Below, piece by piece: positions 25,701 to 38,000 of a stretch of DNA of 64,000 nucleotides (position 1 is the stretch's first letter; each line of letters begins with the position of its first letter). The notes under the pieces were generated by a model. It was given only the letters and a program-made list of their open reading frames with translations, did not search any database and was not told the DNA's origin. Where the stretch lies: positions 11,501,337 through 11,565,336 of the forward strand of contig CM082586.2 of the NCBI GenBank assembly GCA_040954595.2, read 5' to 3'. Position numbers and translations under genes: made by a program. Origin of the DNA: Balanoglossus misakiensis (Eukaryota; Animalia; Hemichordata).

Positions 25701-27289
25701 AATTCAATGTTAGAAAACCCGTGTGGAATGTATCTCTACCCGTTTGAAACTAAGAAAAGAATTTATTCTTATTTATTTTGTAAAAAAGACAATTTTTCGA
25801 AAAAAAGTCGAAAATGGTAATTTTGTCTTGGGTGATTCAAATTATACCACCTTTTCTGGAATTTGCAGCACTTTTTACAAGAGAACGACACTTCATGCTC
25901 CATAATATTTCCGAAAATGAAGAAAAGAGTTAATTTTTTATGATTTTTTAAAAATTTACCATTTTTGTCAAAATATGGCCAAAATGGCTATTTTTTCTTG
26001 AATTCCGTCAATATCTCTGCATTTTTGGAGTGGTCAAAAGTTTTAACATACAATCAACATGTCATATATGATCGGGGCACCAAATTCGAAGAACAAAGGT
26101 TTTTTTATTTTTTTTTTCTAAAAATGACATTTTCAAGGAAAATTTGGTAAAACGCAATTTTGTCTGCAGTGAGCCAAATTAGACGGTCTTTTGTGGAATT
26201 TGTATCGATATATACATACGAAGAGCATTCTATACTCCATCAGATTTCCGAAAATGTAGAAAACAGGTATTTTTTTGTAATTTTGAAAAATTTTCCATTT
26301 TGACCAAATTGTGGCTAAAATTGTTATTTTCGTGTTGAATGCCGCCAGTGTCACTGCTTTTAAAAGTCATAAAAACTTTTAACATACAAGCAATTCTTTA
26401 TATATGATCAGGTCACCGAATTAAAAAAAATAAAGAATGTTTTGCCTAAAAATGACCTTTTAGGTGCAAAAACGAATAAAACGTAATTTTGTATTAAATC
26501 AGCTCATTCAGAGTGCATTTTTTATAATCAGAACCATTTTTACATAAATTGGAAATTTCATACATCATCAGATATCCAAATATGAAAAAATGATTTAGAT
26601 TTTAGATGATTGTCCAAAATTAGCTGATATCTAATAAATGTAGTATTGAACCGTTCTGTTTCCCCCCCCCCCTTACATTATATGCGGTACGCCGATGTCA
26701 GCTTACCCGGCAGTACTGCAGGCCGTGCCCCCAACTAACGTTGGTGTTTGAAACGCCCTGGTTAAATTCGGGCTTTCTCTATAAATTGACAGGCAATAAT
26801 GCAGTCCTACCCGAACAAATGTCGAGTGTTGACCCGCTGTGACTTTCCCTCTTCGGTTTGCCCGACTTAGCCAACGTCTTTGTACTAGAGTGTCGGGTCT
26901 TTTGCAGAGCCAGGCCGAAGGAAATCCGACTTGATCACCGTTGCTAACGAACGCTAGTGTCTGTCATGGTGTGCCGGGGTTTTAGTCGAGCCAGACAGAA
27001 GGAGATCTGACTTGATCATCGTGGTCAATGTACGCGTGTTTCCGCTCTTAAGTGCCGGGGCTTCAGCTAAACCAGGCCGTAGGAAATCCGACGTAATCAC
27101 CGTTGATAACTTACGCCAGTCTGTGTCATATAGAGCCGGTGCACCAGCCGAGTCACGCCGTAGGAAATCTGACTTGATCAACGTGGTCAATGTTTCTGCT
27201 CTAGAGTGCCGGGACTTCAGCTGAGCCAGGCCGTAGGAAACCTGACGTGATTACCGTTGTCAACTTACGCCAGTCTGTGTCCTATATAT
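22713..27289 (+). repeat. Macrosatellite array, segment 2
   Basis: Same unit; anchors near 23347 and 25723. Confidence 0.97.
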
Positions 27290-27792
27290 TGTGACGGAAA
27301 CCCAGGCGTTCCGCCTATTGAAAACCGGTAGCGCAGACGGACCCGCTCGAGCCTCTCACAAACAGCGCTGTCTTCACACGCGGCGGTAGGAACTCGCCGG
27401 AAAGCAAGCGTCTCGTCGAAGAAATCTGCCCACACCGAGCAGCTGAGGTAAACACGTCTCAGATCTCGCGATCGGTGACCCGGGGCCGGCTATCCGGGAG
27501 GGATAAAACAGGACTAAACAGGAAAAGTCGCCCAGGGCCGAAACCGGGGTTCCTTCCTCAACAGATCCACGCCAAAACTCTCCAAAACAACATGGTTGCA
27601 GGCTAAAAACGAGGCTAAACATGTGACCCAGAACGCACTTCTAATTGGTGTAGATACACCAAGGGCAAGATGGGGAAACCCTTCCATCCTTGTCAATCAT
27701 ACAAGACAGCCCAAAACGGTCACCACGACAGTGAAGCCATAGAAAAACACCATGCCAAATAATAAATCACATGGAATAGCAATTCCATAACA
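27290..27792 (-). repeat. Gypsy A 3' LTR (503 bp)
   Basis: TGTGACGG...CCATAACA on the plus strand; direct repeat of 34556-35058. Confidence 0.93.
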
Positions 27793-27806
27793 ACTCCCCC
27801 AACCTC
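27793..27806 (-). promoter_or_regulatory. Polypurine tract of Gypsy A
   Basis: Minus strand GAGGTTGGGGGAGT immediately before the 3' LTR. Confidence 0.75.
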
Positions 27807-28316
27807 GGCTTCGAAGTCCCTTGAGAACAGGAATAACTAAAATATAGGAAAGAAGGAAGAAAGGGGAATAACCAGCCCTGAACCAATCCGATCAGGGAAA
27901 ACTTGCAATAACTGCAAGGTCCCAACTGTCTGTCAACAACATAAACCGTCGTCGTAGTAACACAACCAAAAACCGCTGCCATGTGCTAAATGCACACCTG
28001 TCATCGTCTTATGTTAAGTCCAAGCAGCTAAACAACTAACCTGCTAATCTGTCATAGGTCCTACCTACCTACAAACAAGTTGCATGTATACAACCCCTGC
28101 AACTAACACAGAAAACACTATAACACTAGCAAAAGTCATAGCAAAAATCTGTCGAACAATCAGTAAATAGCATTTACTTTGTCAAACTCTAACTACTGAA
28201 AATCCTCATCTCAGAACAAGCACAAATCTTACTCTATAGTGAAAAAATGGCTCAGAAAAACACTGAAAACTTCAGAAAAATCTGGTATCAAAAACCACTC
28301 AAAGCTCAAGAAAACT

Positions 28317-31300
28317 TTAAATTCTCATTTCAAATGCACTGAACAATGTAGCATTATAACCATAGAACTCAGGCGGCTTCCTCTGTCGCCTAGGGTACTT
28401 GGACTGCCTTGTGGCTTCCTGACTTTCAACCACAAAATCACCGTGACAAACACTGTCACTGTCTACAACTAAATCTGGAGCACTACTCTCTTTCTGCATC
28501 TCTGTTGGCCCCTCAGCAGAATCAGCTACAAACTCTGATTCAGAATCCTGACCAGTGCCAACTTCAGCTTCGCTAACACTAACTTTCTCTTTGACATCAA
28601 AATCTTTGAAAGAGACTACTTCTGACTTGCTCACTTCAACTTTAGTAGTTGGCAAGTCCCCAGCTGAAGGTTTACCAACCTGCAGCCGCTGGTCAATGGG
28701 TAACATGTTCACCTTATCTAACCAGGAAGTGAGATCCTTCCCTTGATAAGCTTTCAACTTCTCAAAATGCACAATTTTGGGTTTAGCTCGTGGGCTCCTC
28801 TGTATGCGATAAACTACATCAGACAATCTACTGATAATCAGATATGGACCTTCATATGACAACTGAAGCTTTTGCGAATACCCTTTCCGCCTCCTTTCAT
28901 CTTTTAACCATACAAAATTCCCCACATGAAATCCCTGCTTTGTAGCAAAACGATCATATCGCACTTTCTGTCTGCGAGCTGTCGTTTGTAACTGCGACCT
29001 AGCATGTTCATGCACTTCATGCAATCTTTCTCTCAAATCGGAAACATAATCAGTCTCCTTCGACCGATCTGGTCGCTCAGATGTAACTGCAACATCCAAC
29101 GGGTATATCAAGTCTCTACCTAGCATTAACATGTTTGGTGTCTCCCCGGTTGAGGGATGCACACTGCTACGGTAAGCAAATGTGGCAAGACTCAAGTTCT
29201 TGTCCCAATCCGACTGATTCTCACGAGGGTCCATAAATGTACGAATGTAACTAACAATTTGCTGATTGAATCTCTCCACAAAACCATTCGACTGTGGGTG
29301 CCTAGGGGTTGTGTAAGTCTTGTTTACTCCCAGGAGGTTACACACTTCCTTAAAAACATTCGACACAAAATTCCTACCCAAGTCGCTATGACACTCTAGT
29401 GGCATACCAAAAAGTTATCCAGCAAAACTCTTGCAATAGTAACAGCCTCCTCATTTGGCATGGCATACGCCTCCATCCACTTAGAGAAGTAGTTCCCCAC
29501 CACAAGTACTTTCTTATTTCCTGCACTTGATTCTGGGAATGGACCCAATACATCAATCGCTATTCTTTCCATCGGAGCACCGACAACATAAGACTGCAAG
29601 GGCGCAGGCTTTCTCACCCTCTGCTTCTTATTACGAGCACACATATCACATGCCCTCACATGAGCGCGCACATCTACGGACATGCCAAACCAGTGATATT
29701 TCAACCTGATTCTGCTCAAAGTACGACCAGTACCGCTATGTCCTCCAAACAACGAATCATGGAGAGTCTGTAGGACCAGCCCTACATAAACCTTAGGCAG
29801 CACCAGTTGCCACCTGACTATTTTACCATCTGGTGATTCCCATAACCTGTACAGAATGCCATCATGAACACGCAAATGCTCATACATTGACCAATAAGAC
29901 TTCAACGCAGGCGAACGAAATGACACTTCAGACCACTGTGGCTTGTCCTTACCAGACTCCACACATTGCATAAGAAAACCAATGTTCGGGTCACTCATTT
30001 GTTGTTTGCGTAATTCTTCCCGTGACCATAAGGGACCATGGTCGACCATGACATTATCACTGCACATTTTCTCATCACTCAGATCATCCTCGGGAGCAAA
30101 TGTTTTGTGCACAAAACCTCCTTTTTGGTCAAGGCGTCCCCAAACCTCAAACTCATCCTCTACCGGACCTTTCCGAGTTCCCGCTCCCTCAATGGCCCGA
30201 TCCCTTGCCCCAACAAAAGACAGGTCATCCCCGTTCTGATCCTCAACCGGTTCAGAACAATTGTCACCGTGCTGTCTACCGCACTGTTTACATGGGCGCA
30301 ATGGTACCCTACTCAACGCATCAGCGTTCGTGTGTTTATTCCCTGAACGGTGAACAAATCAAACGCACTCAAAGCCTCTAGCCAGCGGGCCAATTGCCCC
30401 TCGGGATTTTTATACCGAAGTAACCAGACTAGAGATGCATGATCTGTTCTGATCATAAATGGTCTACCTAACAAGTAGTGTCTAAAATGCTTGGCAAAGT
30501 ATACCACTGCCAACAATTCCTTTCGCGTGACACAATAGTTCTTTTCCTGAGAACTCAGTACACGATTTCCAAAGCTAATGGGACGTTCCACTCCATCCTG
30601 AATTTGGCTAAGACAAGCACCAATCGAGGAGTGAGAAGCATCAGTATCCAGAATAAATTCTCCCTTCTCTGATGGGAAGGCCAACACAGGAGGTGATGAC
30701 AGTAGATCTTTCAACCGATCAAAAGCTATCTGACATTCATCACTCCACACAAAAATGACATTTTTCTTCGTCAAATCTGTAAGGGGCTTTGCAATTTCCG
30801 CAAAGTTCTGTATAAACCTCCGATAATACGAAGCAAGTCCAACAAAACTGCGTACATCAGTCAAAGATGTAGGTACGGGCCAATTTCTCAGTGTTTGAAC
30901 CTTTTTCGGATCGGTTGACACACCCTCAGCCGACACAACATGTCCCAGGAATTCTACTTGAACTGCAAACAAAGTACAATTCTTTGCTTTTAACTTCAGA
31001 CCTGCTTCACGCAATTTGTTGAAAACAGTCTGCAACCGTTCCAATTCCTGCTCAAAAGATTCCCCAAACACAATAATGTCATCCAAATAGAGTAATAAAA
31101 TTTCCCATTGCAATCCTTGAAAAACCTTTTCCATCAATCTTTCAAAAGTGCCAGGTGCACCGCACAATCCCATGGGCATTGTAGTCCATTCCAACAATTT
31201 ACCAGAAGAAGTCACTATTGCAGACTTTTCTCTACTTTCCTTATCAAGCTTGACCTGATGAAGTCCCATATTCAAATCAAGGGTGGAAAACCAGCAAGCA

Positions 31301-32844
31301 CCATGCATTGCTTCTAAATTGTCCTGTATTCTTGGAATAGGTTGGGCATTCTGAATTGTGACTGCATTGAGTCTCCTGTAATCAACTACTAATCTCTGTG
31401 TAGAATCCTTTTTCTTGACCAACAAACATGGCGAACTCCAAGGCGATGTTGACTCGACTAACATGCCTTTGTCTACAAATGATTGAACTTGTCTCTCTAT
31501 TTCAGTCTTTTTCCAAAATGGCGCACGATACGGTGCCACTTTCACTGGGGTAGCCTGTTGTGTATCAATCCTGTGCTCAACAACATCGGTCAAACCCAAG
31601 TCATACGCATTCTTGCTAAAAACATCAGAATTATTTATCAACAGCGTTTGTACTTGTTCCTTTTGTTCGTCAGACTCAAGATGTTGCACACTACGATGAT
31701 ACAAATCCACTAAATGTGATGGCAATTTCTCAATGCCACGGGAAACAGATTTCCCATTGTTATCATGCTTTTCACAAGTGTTGCCACTAGAGGGCGCACT
31801 ATTTTGCACAACAGCTGATTTGTCACACTGATTCATGTCAACAGGAGAGCTGACATTACAATCAACTGCTCTCTCCAGTCTGTACAAACCTACGACCTGA
31901 CCTCGTTTGACCTCTATGTCCTTTATCCCTAAATTAATGACTCTTACAGGTAATAACCGTTGACCCGGGTTTACCAGGGTAGACGCTGTACCCATCCCCT
32001 CAGGAAAATCCTTTAACATGGCTGTAGGCTCTACAGTAGCCACTAACTCAGACAAACACAGCATATCCGCTGCAGACCTTTCACAGTGAGATGCCCGTGA
32101 ACTTTGACCTTTCAGACTTTCATGACCTAGCTGACCTTTTCTAGGTTGTTTTGCCATTCTGGCTGGAATAATTGCTTCATGACCAGCTGGAATTATTTCA
32201 TGAGAAGCAGCCTGTAATCTACAACTAAATGGTTTCAACCTTTCAGGACTTGTGGATAAAACTTGGTCGCCCACAGAAACTGTACAATTTTGTAAATTGA
32301 GACTACAACCAAATTTAGTCAAAACATCCATACCCAGGATTCCTGGAGATCCATCGAGATAATTTCCAACAAGAACAGAAGTGTCAATTTTCTCAGAACC
32401 AATCTCGATCTGCACAGCAACGCTGCCTGCTATATCAAGTTTTGAACCATTTGCTTGCACAATATATAGTCCAGTTTCAGTCAAATGAGGACGCACATTG
32501 TCTGGCATACTATTAAAATAGTCAAATGAAATCGATGTGTGTGTACATCCAGTGTCAACAAGCATTTTGCTAGCCACCCCTTGGAATTTCACATCCAGCA
32601 TCATACTGTTGACTGCATCATTACTATTTGTTTCAATGTGCTTCACCTTGTTATCATTCACTTTACATTTACAAGGAGCACACCTATCAACATCATCAGT
32701 TTCAACAACTGCAGTGCTGGTGTGCAGACGGGTTTGCTCACTGCTTTTGTTAATGACCTTTGACCTCGTCTGAGACACTTCTTCTCCAGACTGATTTACT
32801 GGGACTGCTCGACGGTCAGCACGGACAGTCATTTGGGGTTTAAC
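28317..32844 (-). pseudogene. pol: Gypsy A pol (protease, RT, RNase H, integrase) split by two frameshifts
   Basis: ORF 30313-32832 (LVDTG, DYRRLN, YLDD, LDTDAS, IRTDH), ORF 29396-30316 (HHCC zinc finger, IAIDVLGP) and ORF 28317-29405 (HSDLGRNF, SNGFVERFN, YEGPY). Frameshifts near 30355 and 29405. Confidence 0.93.
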
Positions 32845-34171
32845 TGACTCTTATCTGTTTTACCCTTCTGCTCTTTCTGTTTAACCTGAGGTTCTGGACA
32901 GTCTCTTTTCAAATGACCAGAACGGTTACAATTCCAGCAGAGCCTTTGCTTTTTCTCAACTGTTGTTGTCTCACTAGAACTATTTTCCAACTTGTCAAGT
33001 CTTTTCATAATTTTTGCAAACATCTCCTGTGTATCAACCCTCACAGTAGACTGGCTATTTTCACCATCCAAAGCCTGAGACACTTTGCCCCTAGAACGGC
33101 CATGTTTCTGCAAAGTTTGAAAGCTTTCTTCTAACAAAACCGCCCGCAGGACACTGTCCAGGGTTGCATCAGATAACTGACTAGCTTCATGTATTTTTCT
33201 CTGCAATGACATATCAGGGATTGCCTCGAAAAATGTCTCAATGCACAACCGTTCAATATTGAACCTGTGACACCAGGGTAAGCCTTTATGATTATTTCAC
33301 GGACTTGCTGAGCCAATTCACGCAGGGACTGGTTTTTACCACATACAATTGTTTTCACCGAAAGTCTGTAAACATCTTGCATGTGTGTAGTGCCAAACCG
33401 TTGACCCAGAATTGCACAAAGCTCATCATAACGTTTCACATTGCCACACCCGTGAGAAACAAAGCGTAATGCCCTGCCCCGTAGACGAGACATCAGAATG
33501 TTATACTTCTGATCAGGAGACCAACCGTTCAGTTCAGAACAAATATCAAAATGAGTCTTAAACTCGCTGAAATCAGTACTACCATCATACGCCTCTGGCT
33601 TGACGAAATGAAATTTTGTTTGTGTAGTACCAGTTCCTGTATTACTGACAAACCCATTCCCATGGGAACTATCCCTTCCCACACCGTCAGGAGAACCCCC
33701 AGAAATATTTCCCATCATTGATGATGTTACTGAATTGTCCTGACCCGGATATGACAGCACTTCAGGTGTTACCGCCGCCTGACGCGTGAGGGCGCTGTCC
33801 ACTATGCTTGGCTTAGGTGTACTATGGACACTACCTAAATTTACCTCGCCCCCCTTCCCAAACGTTTGCATAAATGTTTGAAGTTGTTGTGCCATATCAC
33901 AAACTGATCGTTCCATTGTATCTAGTCGTCTACCGACATCGCGTTCATCCCCAGTATTCCGACTAACTGCCCCTGAGGACACGCTCAGATGTCTACCACG
34001 ACCCCTGCCTAACCTTCTCCCTGTGCCCGATGAAACGAGCGGAGTTTTCAGGGCTTCATCAGAAATGACCGTAGAATTGACGTCTGTTCTCTCATACCCA
34101 GAATCAAACCTACTGTTGAAAACAACCTCCCTGTCCTGCGATAAATTCGTATTCCCTGTATAAGTAGCCAT
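32829..34171 (-). pseudogene. gag: Gypsy A gag, frameshifted near 33250
   Basis: Likely ATG at 34171 (MATYTG); KPEAYDGS, LNGWS, LRGRA capsid-type motifs; the second frame carries the CWNCNRSGHLKRDC knuckle and ends LNPK*. Confidence 0.85.
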
Positions 34172-34534
34172 GATGCAATTTCCGGGCACAATGTTTTCTA
34201 TGTAAAAAGAACACCTAAAATCGAACCGTCGACACAGAGATCTGTTCGGACGATGAATGCCTAAAATGAACACTGTATAGCTCCAAAATCACAGCAAAAG
34301 AAGGCGATACAAAAGCCTGCGGTTACCGTGTCGCACTGACCTGCGTTAACAGATCCCGTAAGGAGTACGGTGCCCAGAGTGCTAAACACGCCACAAACTC
34401 CTGTGACCTCTCTTTTGCACACAGCAATACAACCGTTCTCAACAAACAACATTCATCGACCAAACCTGACCGCTGAGTCGATCCAGATCTTGGCGAATAT
34501 TCGAAAGGGGTCTCTGAACCAAAGTTGCCCTAAC

Positions 34535-34553
34535 AATCCCGCAGATGCCACCA
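34535..34553 (-). promoter_or_regulatory. Primer binding site of Gypsy A, tRNA-Leu-like
   Basis: Minus strand TGGTGGCATCTGCGGGATT, 2 nt from the LTR; 16/19 to the tRNA-Leu(AAG/UAG) complement TGGTGGCAGCGGTGGGATT (from memory). Confidence 0.65.
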
Positions 34554-34555
34554 AT

Positions 34556-35058
34556 TGTGACGGAAACCCGGGCGTTCCGCCTATTGAAAACCGGTAGCGC
34601 AGACGGACCCGCTCGAGCCTCTCACAAACAGCGCTGTCTTCACACGCGGCGGTAGGAACTCGCCGGAAAGCAAGCGTCTCGTCGAAGAAATCTGCCCACA
34701 CCGAGCAGCTGAGGTAAACACGTCTCAGATCTCGCGATCGGTGACCAGGGGCCGGCTATCCGGGAGGGATAAAACAGGACTAAACGGGGCCGAAACCGGG
34801 GTTCCTTCCTCAACAGATCCACGCCAAAACTCTCCAAAACAACATGGTTGCAGGCTAAAAACGAGGCTAAACATGTGACCCAGAACGCACTTCTGATTGG
34901 TGTAGATACACCAAGGGCAAGATGGGGAAACCCTTCTATCCTTGTCAATCATACAAGACAGCCCAAAACGGTCTCCATGGTAACACCACCACGACAGTGA
35001 AGCCATAGAAAAACAACATGCCAAATAATAAATCACATGGAATAGCAATTCCATAACA
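34556..35058 (-). repeat. Gypsy A 5' LTR (503 bp)
   Basis: Direct repeat of 27290-27792, adjacent to the PBS. Confidence 0.93.
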
Positions 35059-38000
35059 ATATAGTGCCGGGGCATCAGCCGTGCCAGGCCGAAGGAAATG
35101 TGAGTAGATCAACGTGGTCTCTGTACGCGTGTTTCTGCTCTAGAGTGCCAGGGCTTTAGCCAAGCCATGCCGTAGGAAATCTGACTTAATCAACGTTGCT
35201 AACGAACGCTAGTGTCTGTCATAGTGTGCCGGGGTTTTAGTCGAGCCAAGCCGTAGGAGATCAGACTTGATCAACGCGGTCTCTGTACGCGTGTTTCCGC
35301 TCTAAAGTGCCGGGGCTTCAGCTAAACCAGGCCGTAGGAAATCCGACGTAATCACCGTTGATAACTTACGCCAGTCTGTGTCATATAGAGCCGGTGCACC
35401 AGCGGAGTCATGCCGTAGGAAATCTGACTTGATCAACGTGGTCAATGTACGCCTGTTTCTGCTCTAGAGTGCCGGGGCTTCAGCTGAGCCAGGCCGTAGG
35501 AAACCCGACGTGATTACCGTTGTTAACTTACGCCAGTCTGTGTCCTATATATAGTGCCGGGGCATCAGCCGTGCCAGGCCGCAGGAAATGTGAGTAGATC
35601 AACGTGGTCTCTGTACGAGTGTTTCTGCTCTAGAGTGCCAGGGTTTTAGCCAAGCCATGCCGTAGGAAATCTGACTTGATCAACGTTGCTAACGAACGCT
35701 AGTGTCTGTCATAGTGTGCCGGGGTTTTAGTCGAGCCAAGCCGTAGGAGATCTGACTTGATCATCGTGGTCAATGTACGCGTGTTTCCGCTCTAAAGTGC
35801 CGGGGCTTCAGCTAAACCAGGCCGTAGGAAATCCGACGTAATCACCGTTGATAACTTACGCCAGTCTGTGTCATATAGAGCCGGTGCACCAGCGGAGTCA
35901 TGCCGTAGGAAATCTGACTTGATCAACGTGGTCAATGTACGCCTGTTTCTGCTCTAGAGTGCCGGGGCTTCAGCTGAGCCAGGCCGTAGGAAACCCGACG
36001 TGATTACCGTTGTTAACTTACGCCAGTCCGAGTCCTATGTATAGTGCCGGGGCATCAGCCGTGCCAGGCCGCAGGAAATGTGAGTAGATCAACGTGGTCT
36101 CTGTACGCGTGTTTCTGCTCTAGAGTGCCAGGGCTTTAGCCAAGCCATGCCGTAGGAAAACTGACTTGATCAACGTTGCTAACGAACGCTAGTGTCTGTC
36201 ATAGTGTGCCGGGGTTTTAGTCGAACCAAGCTGTAGGAGATCAGACTTGATCAATGTGGTCTCTGTACGCGTGTTTCTGCTCTAGAGTGCCGGGGCTTTA
36301 TCCAAGCCATGCCGTAGAAAATCTGACTTGATCACCGTTGCTAACGTACGCTAGTGTCTGTCATATTGTGACGGAGATTTAGCCGAGCCAGGCCGTAGAA
36401 AAATCGACTTGTTCAACGTTATCAGTGTGCAACTGTTTCTGCTCTAGAGTGTCAGGGTTTTAGCCGACTTATGCTGTGGGAAATCTGAGTTGATGAACGG
36501 GAATTCAATGTTAGAAAACCCGTGTGGAAAGTATCTCTACCCGTTTGAAACTAAGAAAAGAATTTATTCTTATTTATTTTGTAAAAAAGACAATTTTTCG
36601 ATAAAAAGTCGAAAATGGTAATTTTGTCTTGGGTGATTCAAATTATACCGCCTTTTCTGGAATTTGCAGCACTTTTTACAAGAGAACGACACTTCATGCT
36701 CCATAATATTTTCGAAAATGAAGAAAAGAGTTAATTTTTATGATTTTTTAAAAATTTATCATTTTTGTCAAAATATGGCCAAAATGGCTATTTTTCTTGA
36801 ATTCCGTCAATATCTCTGCATTTTTGGAGTGGTCGAAAGTTTTAACATACAATCAACATGTCATATATGATCAGGGCACCAAATTCGAAGAACAAAGGTT
36901 TTTTTATTTTTTTTTTCTAAAAATGACATTTTCAAGGAAAATTTGGTAAAAAGCAATTGTGTCTGCAGTGAGCCAAATTAGACGGTCTTTTGTGGAATTT
37001 GTATCGATATATACATACGAAGAGCATTCTATACTCCATCAGATTTCCGAAAATGTAGAAAACAGGTATTTTTGTAATTTTCAAAAATTTACCATGTTGA
37101 CCAAATTGTGGCTAAAATTTTTATTTTCGTGTTGAATGCCGCCAGTGTCACTGCTTTTAAAAGTCATAAAAACTTTTAACATACAAGCAATTGTTTATAT
37201 ATGATCAGGTCACCGAATTAAAAAAAATAAAGAATGTTTTGCCTAAAAATGACCTTTTTGGTGCAAAAACGAATAAAACGCAATTTTGTATTAAATCAAC
37301 TCATTCAGAGTGCATTTTTTATAATCAGCACCATTTATACATATAATGGAAATTTCATACATCATCAGATATCCAAATATGAAAAAATGATTTAGATTTT
37401 AGATGATTGTCCAAAATTAGCTGATATCTAATAAATGTAGTATTGAACCGTTCTGTTCCCCCCCCCCCCCCACATTATATGCGGTCCGCCGATGTCAGCT
37501 TACCCGGCAGTACTGCAGGCCGTGCCCCCAACTAACGTCGGTGTTTGAAAAACCCTGGTTAAATTCGGGCTTTCTCTATAAATTTACGGGCAATAATGCA
37601 GTCCTACCCGAACAAATGTCGAGTGTTGACCCGCTGTGACTTTCCCTCTTCGGTTTGCCCGACTTAGCCAACGTCTTTGTACTAGAATGTCGGGTCTTTT
37701 GCAGAGCCAGGCCGAAAGAAATCCGACTTGATCACCGTTGCTAACGAACGCTAGTGTCTGTCATGGTGTGCCGGGGTTTCAGTCGAGCCAAGCCGTAGGA
37801 AATCAGACTTGATCAACGTGGTCTCTGTACGCGTGTTTCCGCTCTAAATTGCCGGGGCTTCAGCTAAACCAGGCCGTAGGAAATCCGACGGAATAACCGT
37901 TGATAACTTACGCCAGTCTGTGTCATATAGAGCCGGTGCACCAGCCGAGTCACGCCATAGGAAATCTGACTTGATCAACGTGGTCAATGTACGCCTGTTT

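Larger units (their letters stand above)
27290..35058 (-). mobile_element. Ty3/Gypsy LTR retrotransposon A, full length, degenerate
   Basis: TG...CA LTRs, 4-bp TSD ATAT (27286-27289 and 35059-35062), PBS and PPT on the minus strand, domain order Gag-PR-RT-RH-INT. Confidence 0.96.
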
